From positions 1-56,917 of the IMG/VR virus record IMGVR_UViG_3300035660_000009: 56,917 bases of DNA. One strand, 5' to 3'. Positions 1 to 9,339 of the stretch are shown here, piece by piece. The notes under the pieces were generated by a model. The model searched no databases and was not told the DNA's origin. It worked only from the letters and a program-made list of their open reading frames with translations. Positions within the stretch are counted from its first letter, which is position 1, and each line of letters begins with the position of its first letter. Source of the DNA: a virus (lineage: Duplodnaviria; Caudoviricetes). A program made the position numbers and the translations under genes.

Positions 1-60
1 CCGCGGTTCCTGCTCGCCCAACAACTTGTCCACCGCTCTCTTGATCTCGTCGTGTGACAT
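1..60 (-). CDS. 5' fragment of a gene running off the window (MSHDEIKRAVDKLLGEQEPR...)
   Basis: ATG at 60 with AAGGAG 7 nt upstream. N-terminus resembles that of ORF 1971-2237. Confidence 0.65.
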   Translation of the reverse strand, partial: MSHDEIKRAVDKLLGEQEPR

Positions 61-128
61 TGCATCGCTCCTTTAACATATGTAACCCACCGTAGAACGG
101 GTAAAGGGTTGTCTCACAATAGGTTCTC

Positions 129-353
129 TCAACCCGTACCCTTTTTCTTACTCACTAACCCCTCGGTTGAGGGTAACAAACCACCTACCTCGAGAGCCTT
201 CCTCACACCGAGGGCGAGGACGAGTGAGGGGAAGGTCCAAGCGAAGCGGATCATCTTGTCCCTCGCGTTCCTTAACGCCCACCTTGAGAGTTTACCACCA
301 TTGGGTGACAGATGTGTGGCAACTTCCTTCACCAGTGGACCACCAACCATCAC
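129..353 (-). CDS. hypothetical protein
   Basis: 74-aa ORF with ATGA overlap with the upstream gene. Confidence 0.45.
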   Translation of the reverse strand: MMVGGPLVKEVATHLSPNGGKLSRWALRNARDKMIRFAWTFPSLVLALGVRKALEVGGLLPSTEGLVSKKKGTG

Positions 354-652
354 GTTACCGCTCCTTTACCACACACGACGGGAACCAATACGTGAACTAG
401 GTACATCCCAGCGAGGTCGCACTCGTTGAGTTCGCCATTTCCGTGGGTTATGACTGAACAGATCGCCCTGGAGAAACCCATCTCACCCAACAGATGGACC
501 AACCTATGGTACATCACCATAGTAGGTGGGAGGACGTTCGGGAGGTCCCGGGAAGCGATCGCTTGGAGGAGTGCCTCGCGGTCCGTACCACAGAACCGAG
601 AAAGTGCGAAGTCGTCCGGGACCTCGTAGACAAGTTCCCTTACAGTTGCCAT
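350..652 (-). CDS. hypothetical protein
   Basis: 100-aa ORF tightly packed between neighbours on the gene strand. Confidence 0.6.
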   Translation of the reverse strand: MATVRELVYEVPDDFALSRFCGTDREALLQAIASRDLPNVLPPTMVMYHRLVHLLGEMGFSRAICSVITHGNGELNECDLAGMYLVHVLVPVVCGKGAVT

Positions 653-663
653 AGCGGTTAATT

Positions 664-1377
664 CTATGCCGACACCAGCATCAGCACCGAAGTGGAGCGG
701 AGCGTACCGGTAGTTGGAGAGAGCCTACCGACTCCGCTCCACTGGTCGTCCACCTTACCCTTCAGTCTTCTGCCCTCTAGTCGCATGTGGCATGGTGTGC
801 ACAACGAAACCAGATTCTCGGGTCGGTTGTCGTGCTTGTCACCGTTGGTGTGGTGCACCTCGAGGACCTTCTTGTACCCCCAACCGCTACCCGTTCTACG
901 TTGCGGGTTGTGGCAAGCAACACACAAGTGACCATCACGTTCACGGATCGCTGCACGTAGTTCCTCAGTCCACTCGGGACCATAGTCACTTACCACACCA
1001 CCCCGCCAACTAGGGTTGTCCTCACCCCAAAGGCACTTCCTTCTATGACACTCGTGGTTGACGGGATTAGCATGCCATAGGGAGATAGCGCATGCGATCC
1101 GTGCTTTGGTGAGGTCTGTGTGCTGTCCACCTCGGAAACCTGGACTGAGTTTGAAGATCTGGTTGCCCACCATAACACGAGACAGGTGTTGACGGTGCTC
1201 CTTGGTGTGGTGGAAGTGCTCGTGCATCCACTGTCTGCTCCGCTCGACGGTTTCGGGTGAGTGGCGGTGCCCCGTGAAACCAGAACTGTTGACCCAGTTA
1301 CGGTTGCCCTTCAGTTTCTCGGCAATCCGCTTCCGAGCCTCATCGGACATCCGTTCACCCTTACGTGGCACCACCAC
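664..1377 (-). CDS. HNH homing endonuclease with NUMOD3-like N-terminal repeats
   Basis: IRERDGHLCVAC...LEVHHTNGDKHDNRPENLVSLCTPCH (HNH with Zn ligands); HSPETVER, HTDLTKARI and GEDNPSWRGG motifs. Confidence 0.85.
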   Translation of the reverse strand: MVVPRKGERMSDEARKRIAEKLKGNRNWVNSSGFTGHRHSPETVERSRQWMHEHFHHTKEHRQHLSRVMVGNQIFKLSPGFRGGQHTDLTKARIACAISLWHANPVNHECHRRKCLWGEDNPSWRGGVVSDYGPEWTEELRAAIRERDGHLCVACHNPQRRTGSGWGYKKVLEVHHTNGDKHDNRPENLVSLCTPCHMRLEGRRLKGKVDDQWSGVGRLSPTTGTLRSTSVLMLVSA

Positions 1378-1404
1378 TCTCCCTTTGTTTACGACGAAAG
1401 GCTG

Positions 1405-1854
1405 CTAGCCTTGCGTCTCACTTCCCGTTTCACAATCCATTTCGCACCAGGTGGCACAGTGCAACGGTGGCCACTGGTAGTCGGGGTTCGCCTGCGACTC
1501 GGGTGCGAGAAGGATGGTCCGGATACTGCCCCGTCCGTGACTGAACGCCAGGAGTCTGAACCTGGCCTGGACGTGGTGGGTGTCGATGGACAACCTGCCA
1601 CCGGGGACGAGTGTCGCGGGGTGCTTGTACCTCTGGGTCCAGGTGACACCATCGGGAGAGTCCTGCACCTGGAACTCCGTCACCGCGGTGTTAGCGGAGT
1701 CCGCCATCAACTCCACATGGAGGTGGTGGTAGTAGTCCCGGACGGTACGGACACCGGGTGCCTCAACGCCTTCCTGGTCTTGTATGACCACAACCCAAGC
1801 GTTGGGGTTGAGTGCGGTCTGGAACGGCTGCCGTGATGTGTTCGGTTCGTTCAT
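1405..1854 (-). CDS. hypothetical protein (beta-rich, possibly virion)
   Basis: 149 aa with a QVQDSPDGVTW Asp-box-like turn and a C-terminal HCATWCEMDC. Confidence 0.65.
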   Translation of the reverse strand: MNEPNTSRQPFQTALNPNAWVVVIQDQEGVEAPGVRTVRDYYHHLHVELMADSANTAVTEFQVQDSPDGVTWTQRYKHPATLVPGGRLSIDTHHVQARFRLLAFSHGRGSIRTILLAPESQANPDYQWPPLHCATWCEMDCETGSETQG

Positions 1855-1970
1855 GGTCTAAGGCCTACCTTTCGGTCCAACAGTACCTGTGACAAAAGAC
1901 CACACGGTGCGACCCACCCGTAGGGCGAATCGCGTCAGAGTGCAATCAAAACGGTCGACCCCCTTTCAAC

Positions 1971-2237
1971 TCAGTCACCACCGAAAATGTCCACCTTCTG
2001 ACCGATCAGGATGTCCACACGGTCGGGTGTGTAACCAGGTTCGGATCGGACAACTCGGTTAATCCCAAACAGGTCGGCCGTTTCGGTGTTATAGACGATA
2101 ACTGGAAGGTTGGTGGGAAAGCCGTTCAGCACCTCAAGGAGGTCCGCAACGGTTAGAGTTTTCGGTCTACCCCTCGAGGGTGGACTCTGCTCACCCACCA
2201 ACTTGTCGACCACTCTCTGGATCTCGTTCCGTGCCAT
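1971..2237 (-). CDS. hypothetical protein
   Basis: LTVADLLEVLNGFPTNLPV is a common small-phage-protein motif. N-terminal NEIQRVVDKLVGE. Confidence 0.65.
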   Translation of the reverse strand: MARNEIQRVVDKLVGEQSPPSRGRPKTLTVADLLEVLNGFPTNLPVIVYNTETADLFGINRVVRSEPGYTPDRVDILIGQKVDIFGGD

Positions 2238-2446
2238 CACCTAACCCTCCTAAAAGGTCGTCCCGAGATGGTCTCCCGGATGTAGCGACCGATGGACTGC
2301 TGCTTCGGAAGGTCGTTGAACACCTCGAGAGGGATGTTGTCGTATTCGTAGATGCTACCACCGAGGAACTCCACCTGGAGAACCCTCCGCTCCTTGTCAT
2401 ACCCAACCGCTGCCACGTTTGAGGATCTGACGTGGACCCACTTCAT
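2237..2446 (-). CDS. KTSC domain protein
   Basis: VRSSNVAAVGYD...LQVEFLGGSIYEYDNIP...SIGRYI is the classic KTSC pattern. Confidence 0.9.
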   Translation of the reverse strand: MKWVHVRSSNVAAVGYDKERRVLQVEFLGGSIYEYDNIPLEVFNDLPKQQSIGRYIRETISGRPFRRVR

Positions 2447-2497
2447 TTCCCACCGTTAACGTCTTACTATTGAACCAAGGGTCGAACCGGTGGAGAA

Positions 2498-2989
2498 CTA
2501 ACGTCCCGTTCGGTCCCCAGTCAAATCTAACCTATTCGAAACGTCAACCGAAACAACTAGGCATCCCCGGGGGCACAAAATCTGGAGGACCCCACCAGGA
2601 GCAACCTTCAGACCACACTCGGAGACCTCGAACCTGCAACCACACTGGCGACAGAGTGCGACCCACGTGGGTGTTGCACCATACTGGTCCAACCTCGAGG
2701 ACACACGAAGGGGTCTAGCGGAGGCGGACCAGTGACCGTCCACCAAGTCGCTCCAGTAGTCGACGTAGAACGCGGAACCGAACCGCCTGACACCGACCCC
2801 CTTGAGTGCGGTCAACGCACCGATCATCTCGTGTGGTTGCAGTTCCCCTACGTGGTCTCTCAACACAACGGTGGGGATAGGTGAGCAGTTAGGCATGGAA
2901 CGACTGATGACCACGAAGGGTTCACCCACCTGATCCCTATACACCCTGTTACGCTCTCTCACGTTTTCACAATGTGGACACAGAGTCAT
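2498..2989 (-). CDS. hypothetical Cys-rich protein
   Basis: CPHC, CRQC and CPRGC motifs; 4-bp overlap with the upstream ORF. Confidence 0.55.
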   Translation of the reverse strand: MTLCPHCENVRERNRVYRDQVGEPFVVISRSMPNCSPIPTVVLRDHVGELQPHEMIGALTALKGVGVRRFGSAFYVDYWSDLVDGHWSASARPLRVSSRLDQYGATPTWVALCRQCGCRFEVSECGLKVAPGGVLQILCPRGCLVVSVDVSNRLDLTGDRTGR

Positions 2990-3354
2990 CGCTGGGGTAG
3001 ACTCCTAACCAACGTGTCTAACCTCGAGATCGCGTTCACGAGTTCCCTACCCACCTCCTGGTTACTCCTACCCACACCTTGGGTACTCCTGTCGACCTGC
3101 TCCAGCGCGGAGAGGATCCTGTCGAGTTTATACCAGAGGACACCCAACAGGACACCCAACTGGGACCAATCTTGGTCCCCCAACGCTTCGGTGAGTCTCC
3201 TTAACACGCGAGAAAGGAGAGGAGGGAAACCCGCATGCTCGGCAAGAACACCAACACGTTGGGTCAGGTCGACCACCAGACCCCCATCGACCAACTCACT
3301 AGCTACACAAGCAGAGGTGTGAGGGGACCACACCACTGGGGTACCTCCGAACAC
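2986..3354 (-). CDS. hypothetical protein
   Basis: 122-aa ORF on the gene strand. Confidence 0.5.
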   Translation of the reverse strand: MFGGTPVVWSPHTSACVASELVDGGLVVDLTQRVGVLAEHAGFPPLLSRVLRRLTEALGDQDWSQLGVLLGVLWYKLDRILSALEQVDRSTQGVGRSNQEVGRELVNAISRLDTLVRSLPQR

Positions 3355-3408
3355 AACGTACCGTGTTGAGAGATTATACTAGGTATGGGAGTAGAGGTGC
3401 CACAGTGG

Positions 3409-3789
3409 TCACGGTGGGGGTTTTTGTGCTGTAAGACCACAAAAGACACCACGAAAGTCGAACAACCACCCCAGAGCACAACCCCCACCCAATGTGACCA
3501 ACAGAGTCACACCACCATCCCTCTGCCTAGCCACCACAAGGTTGCACCCCGAACCGTTGTACCTCCCAGCCTTGACCAGGCACACCTCACGGTCGGAGTA
3601 CGTGTGCGCCAACCCAGCGAGTGCGTTCTGGAGTTGACCCTTCAAGCGGATCACCCCAGTGGGGTCGCTGGTATCGGTCTCGTGTGGTTCGGGGTCGGGA
3701 ACGTCAACCTCAGAGACGAACCTCCTCACCAACTCCAGGGTCTCGGCAACACCCAACTCGTATCCGGGGTTCTCACGTTTGGGTGCCAA
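3409..3789 (-). CDS. hypothetical protein
   Basis: 126-aa ORF with GGAGG upstream. Confidence 0.55.
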   Translation of the reverse strand: MAPKRENPGYELGVAETLELVRRFVSEVDVPDPEPHETDTSDPTGVIRLKGQLQNALAGLAHTYSDREVCLVKAGRYNGSGCNLVVARQRDGGVTLLVTLGGGCALGWLFDFRGVFCGLTAQKPPP

Positions 3790-4153
3790 CCAGCACCTCC
3801 TCCTTCACGATGGGTGAACTCCCCCGAACCCTCCCCTGGATGACTGGTGTCCTAACCAAGGGGTCCTCACGTTGGGTGAGATAAATGGTAACGGGGTGAG
3901 CGGCTAACCCGTGGGACTTGAAGTGCTCCTCCGCGACAGACCCCGCGTAGAGCTTCATGGGTACAACCACATGGATCCTGCACAGAACAGTCACCTTCCA
4001 CTCGGAGAGGAGGGTACTCACAGGACGTGCGGGTCCCACATTCAGGTAGTCAACATGGGGTGCCCACTGTTCCCGAATCCGTTCGATCGCGTCCACCGCC
4101 GTGGGTGCACAAATGTGTGGGAACCCGATCGAGATGACCCTGTAGACTGGCAT
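3773..4153 (-). CDS. hypothetical protein
   Basis: AAGGAGG RBS; directly downstream of the promoter-motif copy at 4174. Confidence 0.65.
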   Translation of the reverse strand: MPVYRVISIGFPHICAPTAVDAIERIREQWAPHVDYLNVGPARPVSTLLSEWKVTVLCRIHVVVPMKLYAGSVAEEHFKSHGLAAHPVTIYLTQREDPLVRTPVIQGRVRGSSPIVKEEVLVGTQT

Positions 4154-4173
4154 GGTGTCCTCCTTGCCGCCAC

Positions 4174-4190
4174 TATATTATATGGCGACC
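4174..4190 (-). promoter_or_regulatory. conserved phage promoter-like motif GGTYGCCATATAATATA (representative copy)
   Basis: Plus-strand tatattatatggcgacc. Further copies at ~16254, 20337, 24839, 27085, 30830, 32517, 34555, 38823, 41483, 47047, 49419, 52639 and 56792, each just upstream of a minus-strand start codon. Confidence 0.85.
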
Positions 4191-4195
4191 CCGGG

Positions 4196-4387
4196 TCACT
4201 CCATCAGCAGGGGGCGTCCGTCTTTCACGGTCTCCTTGACCGGAGGGTCGAGGTCCTTCGTAGCGTTGCACTTGGGACACATAACCACACGACCCCCTTT
4301 CGGACTCACCGCTCCCACCACGTTAGTCCACTCGTGGACACAACTCCGCTGCTCGGGTGTGGTGAGACTCTCACCTGTGGGTGGCAT
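4196..4387 (-). CDS. small Zn-ribbon-like hypothetical protein
   Basis: CVHEW...CPKC; starts 3 nt after the portal stop. Confidence 0.55.
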   Translation of the reverse strand: MPPTGESLTTPEQRSCVHEWTNVVGAVSPKGGRVVMCPKCNATKDLDPPVKETVKDGRPLLME

Positions 4388-4390
4388 ACC

Positions 4391-6037
4391 TTAATCCTCC
4401 TTCTTTCCCTTATGCACCTTGATGGCCTCCACCAAGGTGCTAGGTGTTGTGATAACGTGCTCCACACCACCAGACTGGAGACACAACCTAACCCGGCAAC
4501 CCCTACTCGACACACCGGGGTTGGCGGACACACGCACGTGGTACATCAGGTTGGCGGCTAAGGATTCGGTGAGGGCTTCCTTGTCCTTCTTCGTCCATTC
4601 CCCCTCGTGGGACTTGAACAACTCACCGGAGACCGTGAGGGAGAGAACTTCCTCGGGGAACCCACTCAATGTTGCCACGTACTCCAACCACTTCTGTTGA
4701 TTCACTCCCAGCTCTTTCCCAACGGTCAGGAGGTTCGTGACGATGTCCGACCGTGTCTTCGCTGTCTCCGCCTGCTGGAGTTCGTCGAGGTAGCTTACAG
4801 GGTGTGCACGTACTGTGAACTCGTTCTCCTCCCGCACAACATCAATACCACGCATAAGGAGGTCGATCTGGATCAACCACGAGACACCCACCATGAGACC
4901 GTTCTGAACCCGCTTCACACCTCTCGAGTACCGAATGTCTTGGTTCGCAAGGGGTGTGTTCGCACTCAGCGTCCCACTCGTGTCAGCAAACCCCATGTAG
5001 TCTGGTGGGACTCTTACACACCCACTCAACTTCTTCCTCATGTACTCGATGTCGAGGACGTTCCCCGTTTGGGTCGACCCGTGGAGAACGTCCACGTCAG
5101 TCAGCAACCCGTCCGCTGCGGGGATAAACACATCCTCGTCAAGGGACATGGGATTCATCTCAGACCTGATCTCCCCAGTCGTGGTGTCAACCAACATGTT
5201 CTTCCGCAACGCCTGGCGGAAGTACTGGACGATCTCGTTCGCCTCATCCGGGGGTGCGTCACCCACATCGACCTTCCACTTGAGTCTGTCGGGGTGGCGC
5301 CTAACCCGGTACAGCACGAGGCACTCCTCCATCAACCTGAGATACTTAAACGTCCTCCTCGCCGCTGCCAGAAGGGACGACCCATGGTTGGGGTCCTCCA
5401 CTGACCTCCCACCGAGGAACCAGTGGATGTAGTCCCAAGGTGCGGACAACCCCGGAGCGGTAGGGTCGGGTGAGACTTGGAGACCACCGACGTCACCCAC
5501 ATAGAACCCTGCCACTCTCCCGAACTTGTCCATCACCTTCGAGATCTGGTACGGGTTCTGCGTTCTAAGCGCACCCACACCCGCGGGTTGGCCTCCCTCG
5601 CCCACCTTCTGCTGAACAGCTTCAAAGTGGTCACCATACTTGGCCATCCCACGAGCAATCGTGAACGCCTTCGACTCCATCCCGACCTGGTCCAATAGGT
5701 CGTTCGCCAGTTTCTCTATGTCGGGGTTCCTGGAAACAACCCACAGGACCCTCCCCGTCGCGGTGTCGGGTTGAACCGCATCCTCACTGTACATATCGAG
5801 GACACTCGATAAGATATCCTCGTCGTCCATCATGTCGTACTCTCGGTACCGCCCGACCCTGTCGGAGGCGATACGGGTGACGTCCTGGAACCACTTGAAT
5901 ACGGGAGAGTCCTCCCCGAGGGGACCCCACTTGGTGGGGTCTAACATCTTCCCCCTGAAGGAGACCCTAGGTGGGACACCTTGGGAGTACCCGAAGAATG
6001 TCAACAGCGCACGGAGGGGATGGACATCAAGTGCCAT
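4391..6037 (-). CDS. portal protein (T4 gp20-like)
   Basis: LRLMEECLVLYRVRRHPDRLKWKVDVG, DEDVFIP and DIEYMRKKL..VRVP resemble gp20-family motifs; adjacent to TerL. Confidence 0.88.
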   Translation of the reverse strand: MALDVHPLRALLTFFGYSQGVPPRVSFRGKMLDPTKWGPLGEDSPVFKWFQDVTRIASDRVGRYREYDMMDDEDILSSVLDMYSEDAVQPDTATGRVLWVVSRNPDIEKLANDLLDQVGMESKAFTIARGMAKYGDHFEAVQQKVGEGGQPAGVGALRTQNPYQISKVMDKFGRVAGFYVGDVGGLQVSPDPTAPGLSAPWDYIHWFLGGRSVEDPNHGSSLLAAARRTFKYLRLMEECLVLYRVRRHPDRLKWKVDVGDAPPDEANEIVQYFRQALRKNMLVDTTTGEIRSEMNPMSLDEDVFIPAADGLLTDVDVLHGSTQTGNVLDIEYMRKKLSGCVRVPPDYMGFADTSGTLSANTPLANQDIRYSRGVKRVQNGLMVGVSWLIQIDLLMRGIDVVREENEFTVRAHPVSYLDELQQAETAKTRSDIVTNLLTVGKELGVNQQKWLEYVATLSGFPEEVLSLTVSGELFKSHEGEWTKKDKEALTESLAANLMYHVRVSANPGVSSRGCRVRLCLQSGGVEHVITTPSTLVEAIKVHKGKKED

Positions 6038-6040
6038 GCA

Positions 6041-7876
6041 TCACCAACCTTCCTTTACAAACCTAACCTCACGACCCACAACGGGGACAACCACACCGCG
6101 TTGCCGCGATGTGTCACGCGGTCGACGTTGAGTGCGCAGGATTGTCAAGTTCCCCACAACACCCGCGACGGCTTGGGCAATGTCATCCGTCCCCTTTTCG
6201 GGGTGCTCGGGTGTGGAAAGCCCATCCAGCGGTTTCCTCAACTGCACCAACTCCTCCACCAGAGGGGGATACCAATAGTAGTTACACGCGGTGGGACCTG
6301 CGTAGACCTTGCTCCTGAGATCCTTGTACTCCTTCAACGTGATGCTCAACTTATCCGCCTCGAAACCCACTTTCCCGAGCAACTGGATAGAGTGCTTGGA
6401 TTGGAATTGGTCATAGGTAACGCGGGCAAACCTGAACCCTCGCCCACGAAGGTACTGGAAGAACTCCACGATGGAGGACAGGTCAACTTCTCCGATGGTG
6501 GGAGGGACGATCCGGAGGACTAGGTCGAAGTACACACCACCCAAATCTGTTTCGTGGCCCACCGCCAGGCCAAGAGGGTCACCAGTGAGACCAATATCAA
6601 CATGACCAACCCTCAACGCGTGAGGATCCTTAATTGGGACCGACCGGGACCTCTCTGTGTGGAACAACAACTCGGGACGGAGGAACGGGATGAGACTCGC
6701 GTCGGGATCCTTCGAGCTCAACAACGAGACAACCTCACAAGTGAAGGGGTGAACTCTGGAGTGGTCCACACACGAGTGGACACACTCCGTCCGCGTGAAG
6801 AAGTGCCCGTAAGCCGCAACAGACCTCCCTGCGAGGTCGCGGATTGCCTCGTCGGTGTCCTCCAAGAACACACCAAGGTGCTCCACGGGAACATCCAACA
6901 CCTCAAAACCACTGGGAGGGACCTCGTCGTCATCAAGCACCCTACTCGGTACACCCTCCCGTCCCACCAACACCTGGAACTTCTTCCTCGACGGGTAGTC
7001 CGACACAGGTTTGACATCCCAGAGGGCAAAACGGGTTACACGGATCGAGGGGTCTGGTCCTGCACTTCCACCTTTCGCAACGCCCTCACGCTCCTCAAGG
7101 AACTCGGTCTCGGTTCTCTCAGAACCCAATAGGCACGTGAGACCAGGTACCCTACCGAACCGCATGAACCGGGACTGTTGCCGCCTCTTCGCCTGCTTGT
7201 AAATCTGGTGCGCTCTCGTCCTATCGGAGGGACGGACAACCTTCCCGGGAACCTTCCGAAAAAAGTTTGCTTCATCTAGACAGTAACCAAACACATTCTC
7301 ACCCAACACATGCTCGGCAAGACTCCCGACGAGGATCGTGATGTTCTTACTCGGGATATGGATAGGGTCGTCAGGGCGCCTCCTCCTCGGAGCGTGGTCA
7401 CGGAACCAGGGGATTGCATCCAACCAACTCTTCAACTCGTCGTATCCGACGTCCGCTTTGTCAAGGGTAACACTGAAGAAGGCGAACACAATCTCCGAAC
7501 CGGGCAGGTGCCCGTAGTACGCGGAGGGGTCCCGGATACAACAAAGTTCGTAGATTTTGTAAAGTTGCGCGAGGGTGGACACGGTTGTCTTCCCAGTACC
7601 CACGGCTCCCTTTATAACCCACTCCGTTACTCCATTCGAGGGGTCCAACACGTAACACAACTCGGTGAGCCACTTTGGGTGGAGTCCACTTGTAAGGCCA
7701 CCCATATAGTATTCACAGGTGAAGAACACCTCAGGGGAGACAGGGACAAACTCGTAGTCCTCCCCCCAGAGTGCACCCAGCAAGGGGGACGTACCCTGTT
7801 GGTCCAACTCCTTGAGCACCTCAGACAGAACGAGATGGCCCACCGGAGACAACTCACTTTGGGAGTTGCTACTCAC
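6041..7876 (-). CDS. terL: terminase large subunit
   Basis: Walker A GAVGTGKT, Walker B YCLDEAN, RNase H-like HVDIG..D, TYDQFQS and DDIAQA. Confidence 0.9.
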   Translation of the reverse strand: MSSNSQSELSPVGHLVLSEVLKELDQQGTSPLLGALWGEDYEFVPVSPEVFFTCEYYMGGLTSGLHPKWLTELCYVLDPSNGVTEWVIKGAVGTGKTTVSTLAQLYKIYELCCIRDPSAYYGHLPGSEIVFAFFSVTLDKADVGYDELKSWLDAIPWFRDHAPRRRRPDDPIHIPSKNITILVGSLAEHVLGENVFGYCLDEANFFRKVPGKVVRPSDRTRAHQIYKQAKRRQQSRFMRFGRVPGLTCLLGSERTETEFLEEREGVAKGGSAGPDPSIRVTRFALWDVKPVSDYPSRKKFQVLVGREGVPSRVLDDDEVPPSGFEVLDVPVEHLGVFLEDTDEAIRDLAGRSVAAYGHFFTRTECVHSCVDHSRVHPFTCEVVSLLSSKDPDASLIPFLRPELLFHTERSRSVPIKDPHALRVGHVDIGLTGDPLGLAVGHETDLGGVYFDLVLRIVPPTIGEVDLSSIVEFFQYLRGRGFRFARVTYDQFQSKHSIQLLGKVGFEADKLSITLKEYKDLRSKVYAGPTACNYYWYPPLVEELVQLRKPLDGLSTPEHPEKGTDDIAQAVAGVVGNLTILRTQRRPRDTSRQRGVVVPVVGREVRFVKEGW

Positions 7877-8546
7877 CTAACGAAACCCCTTCACCACCCT
7901 GCTTCAAGAGTCTCCTCAAAACCTCCCTGTCCAACCCGGTCAACTTCCCAATCAAGAGAGTCCTCTCCTGCACCTTTTCGCCGACTGCGACGAGTCCCTT
8001 CGCACCCGACATCGCACCCTTCAGGATGTTGACCAGTTGGACGAAGAATTCAGACGAACCAGTGCTCCTCAGACTAAGTATACGTTCGAGGAACTCGGAC
8101 TCCCTAGTCAGGGTCTCGGCGAGGTGCTTCTGTAAGTCCACCAACTGCTCACTAGTGAAACCCCTAACCGAGGTGGGGTCGAGTTTTCCCACCAACGCTG
8201 CGTCGAGGTTCGCCAGCGCGGGTCCGAGTTGTGCAATCCTCATAACCTTATCGAGGGCAACCGAGATGAGTGTCAACCTGAGTTTCACCTCTTGCTCGGT
8301 CATCGCGTCCGCGAGGGTCGAGACGGCTTGGGTCCTCTCGGGTGAACCCAGTTTGTCGACCAACGCGAGGAGGCCCCTAAGGGTACCCATCGCGAGGGTG
8401 ACACTCTCTGGTGGTCCCCTCTGGGTAGGATGTTTGTAGCGAGTGTGGCGACCCAGTGCTTGGGTCCCGTGGCATGTGTAACCACACCCCTCAACGGGGC
8501 ACTTCACCAGTGGTCTTGTTGCCTTCTGTTGCAATCCGTTCACCAC
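7869..8546 (-). CDS. putative terminase small subunit with N-terminal C2H2 zinc finger
   Basis: Directly upstream of terL; helical; CPVEGC...HTRYKH. Confidence 0.5.
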   Translation of the reverse strand: MVNGLQQKATRPLVKCPVEGCGYTCHGTQALGRHTRYKHPTQRGPPESVTLAMGTLRGLLALVDKLGSPERTQAVSTLADAMTEQEVKLRLTLISVALDKVMRIAQLGPALANLDAALVGKLDPTSVRGFTSEQLVDLQKHLAETLTRESEFLERILSLRSTGSSEFFVQLVNILKGAMSGAKGLVAVGEKVQERTLLIGKLTGLDREVLRRLLKQGGEGVSLGE

Positions 8547-8611
8547 AACCTAGACGCACTTGTCTGTACCGCACCGATACACGTCACACTCAGAAATCCT
8601 TCTTCGCCACC

Positions 8612-9337
8612 TTATTTGCATCGGCGGCGACGGAACGCCAATAGTCCGCCCAAGGTCAGCAGCGCGAGCGTTGCCGGTTCAGGAACAACCAAGATGGTTG
8701 CCTTGTATTCGTCCCTGGATTCGTTCACGTGAATATTCACTGCACACGGCGTACCGTCCATCCACTCACCAGTGAGGAGGCCTGTACCCAAGACACGATT
8801 CCCATCCCACCAAAGACCACCGCGCACATCGAAGTTCCTTCCGTGGAAAGTAACAACACTGCCGGGGTAGGCACAGAGGGTGTACACCGAACCACCAAAG
8901 ACATCTACAACGCCAGAGGTAAAGAGACCGTCTACCCATCCACCATAGATGTTCGCAGTACCATTATCGGCAAGGACGTCGAGGTGGTCCACCGAGCCGC
9001 CCGAGATGTTCACGACGCTGCCGCTGCCCCAGGTATAGAGGTAGTACACCGAACCACTCAAAATGTTCAGGGTACTAGCGTTATAGGCAATGAGAGTACC
9101 TGCTGATCCTCCACAGATATTCACAGTACTACAATCGCGGGCGTAGAGACCGGTTACGTACCCACCCGGGACAATAAATGCTCGGCTCGTATCATAGAGA
9201 GAGCCTTCAGAATGGGTTGTGTTGACTGTCATTTGCTGTCCATCCCAGAGAATAAAGTTGCCCCGACTCTCTCCAGTCAGCACACCGACCAGCACCAGAC
9301 CCACCCCGACTGTCAGTATAAGCGCTGTCCGTTTCAT
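8612..9337 (-). CDS. PEP-CTERM sorting-domain surface protein
   Basis: N-terminal signal peptide, repeated (T/V)VNIxGGSV beta units, C-terminal VPEPATLALLTLGGLLAFRRRR. Confidence 0.9.
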   Translation of the reverse strand: MKRTALILTVGVGLVLVGVLTGESRGNFILWDGQQMTVNTTHSEGSLYDTSRAFIVPGGYVTGLYARDCSTVNICGGSAGTLIAYNASTLNILSGSVYYLYTWGSGSVVNISGGSVDHLDVLADNGTANIYGGWVDGLFTSGVVDVFGGSVYTLCAYPGSVVTFHGRNFDVRGGLWWDGNRVLGTGLLTGEWMDGTPCAVNIHVNESRDEYKATILVVPEPATLALLTLGGLLAFRRRRCK

Positions 9338-9339
9338 GG

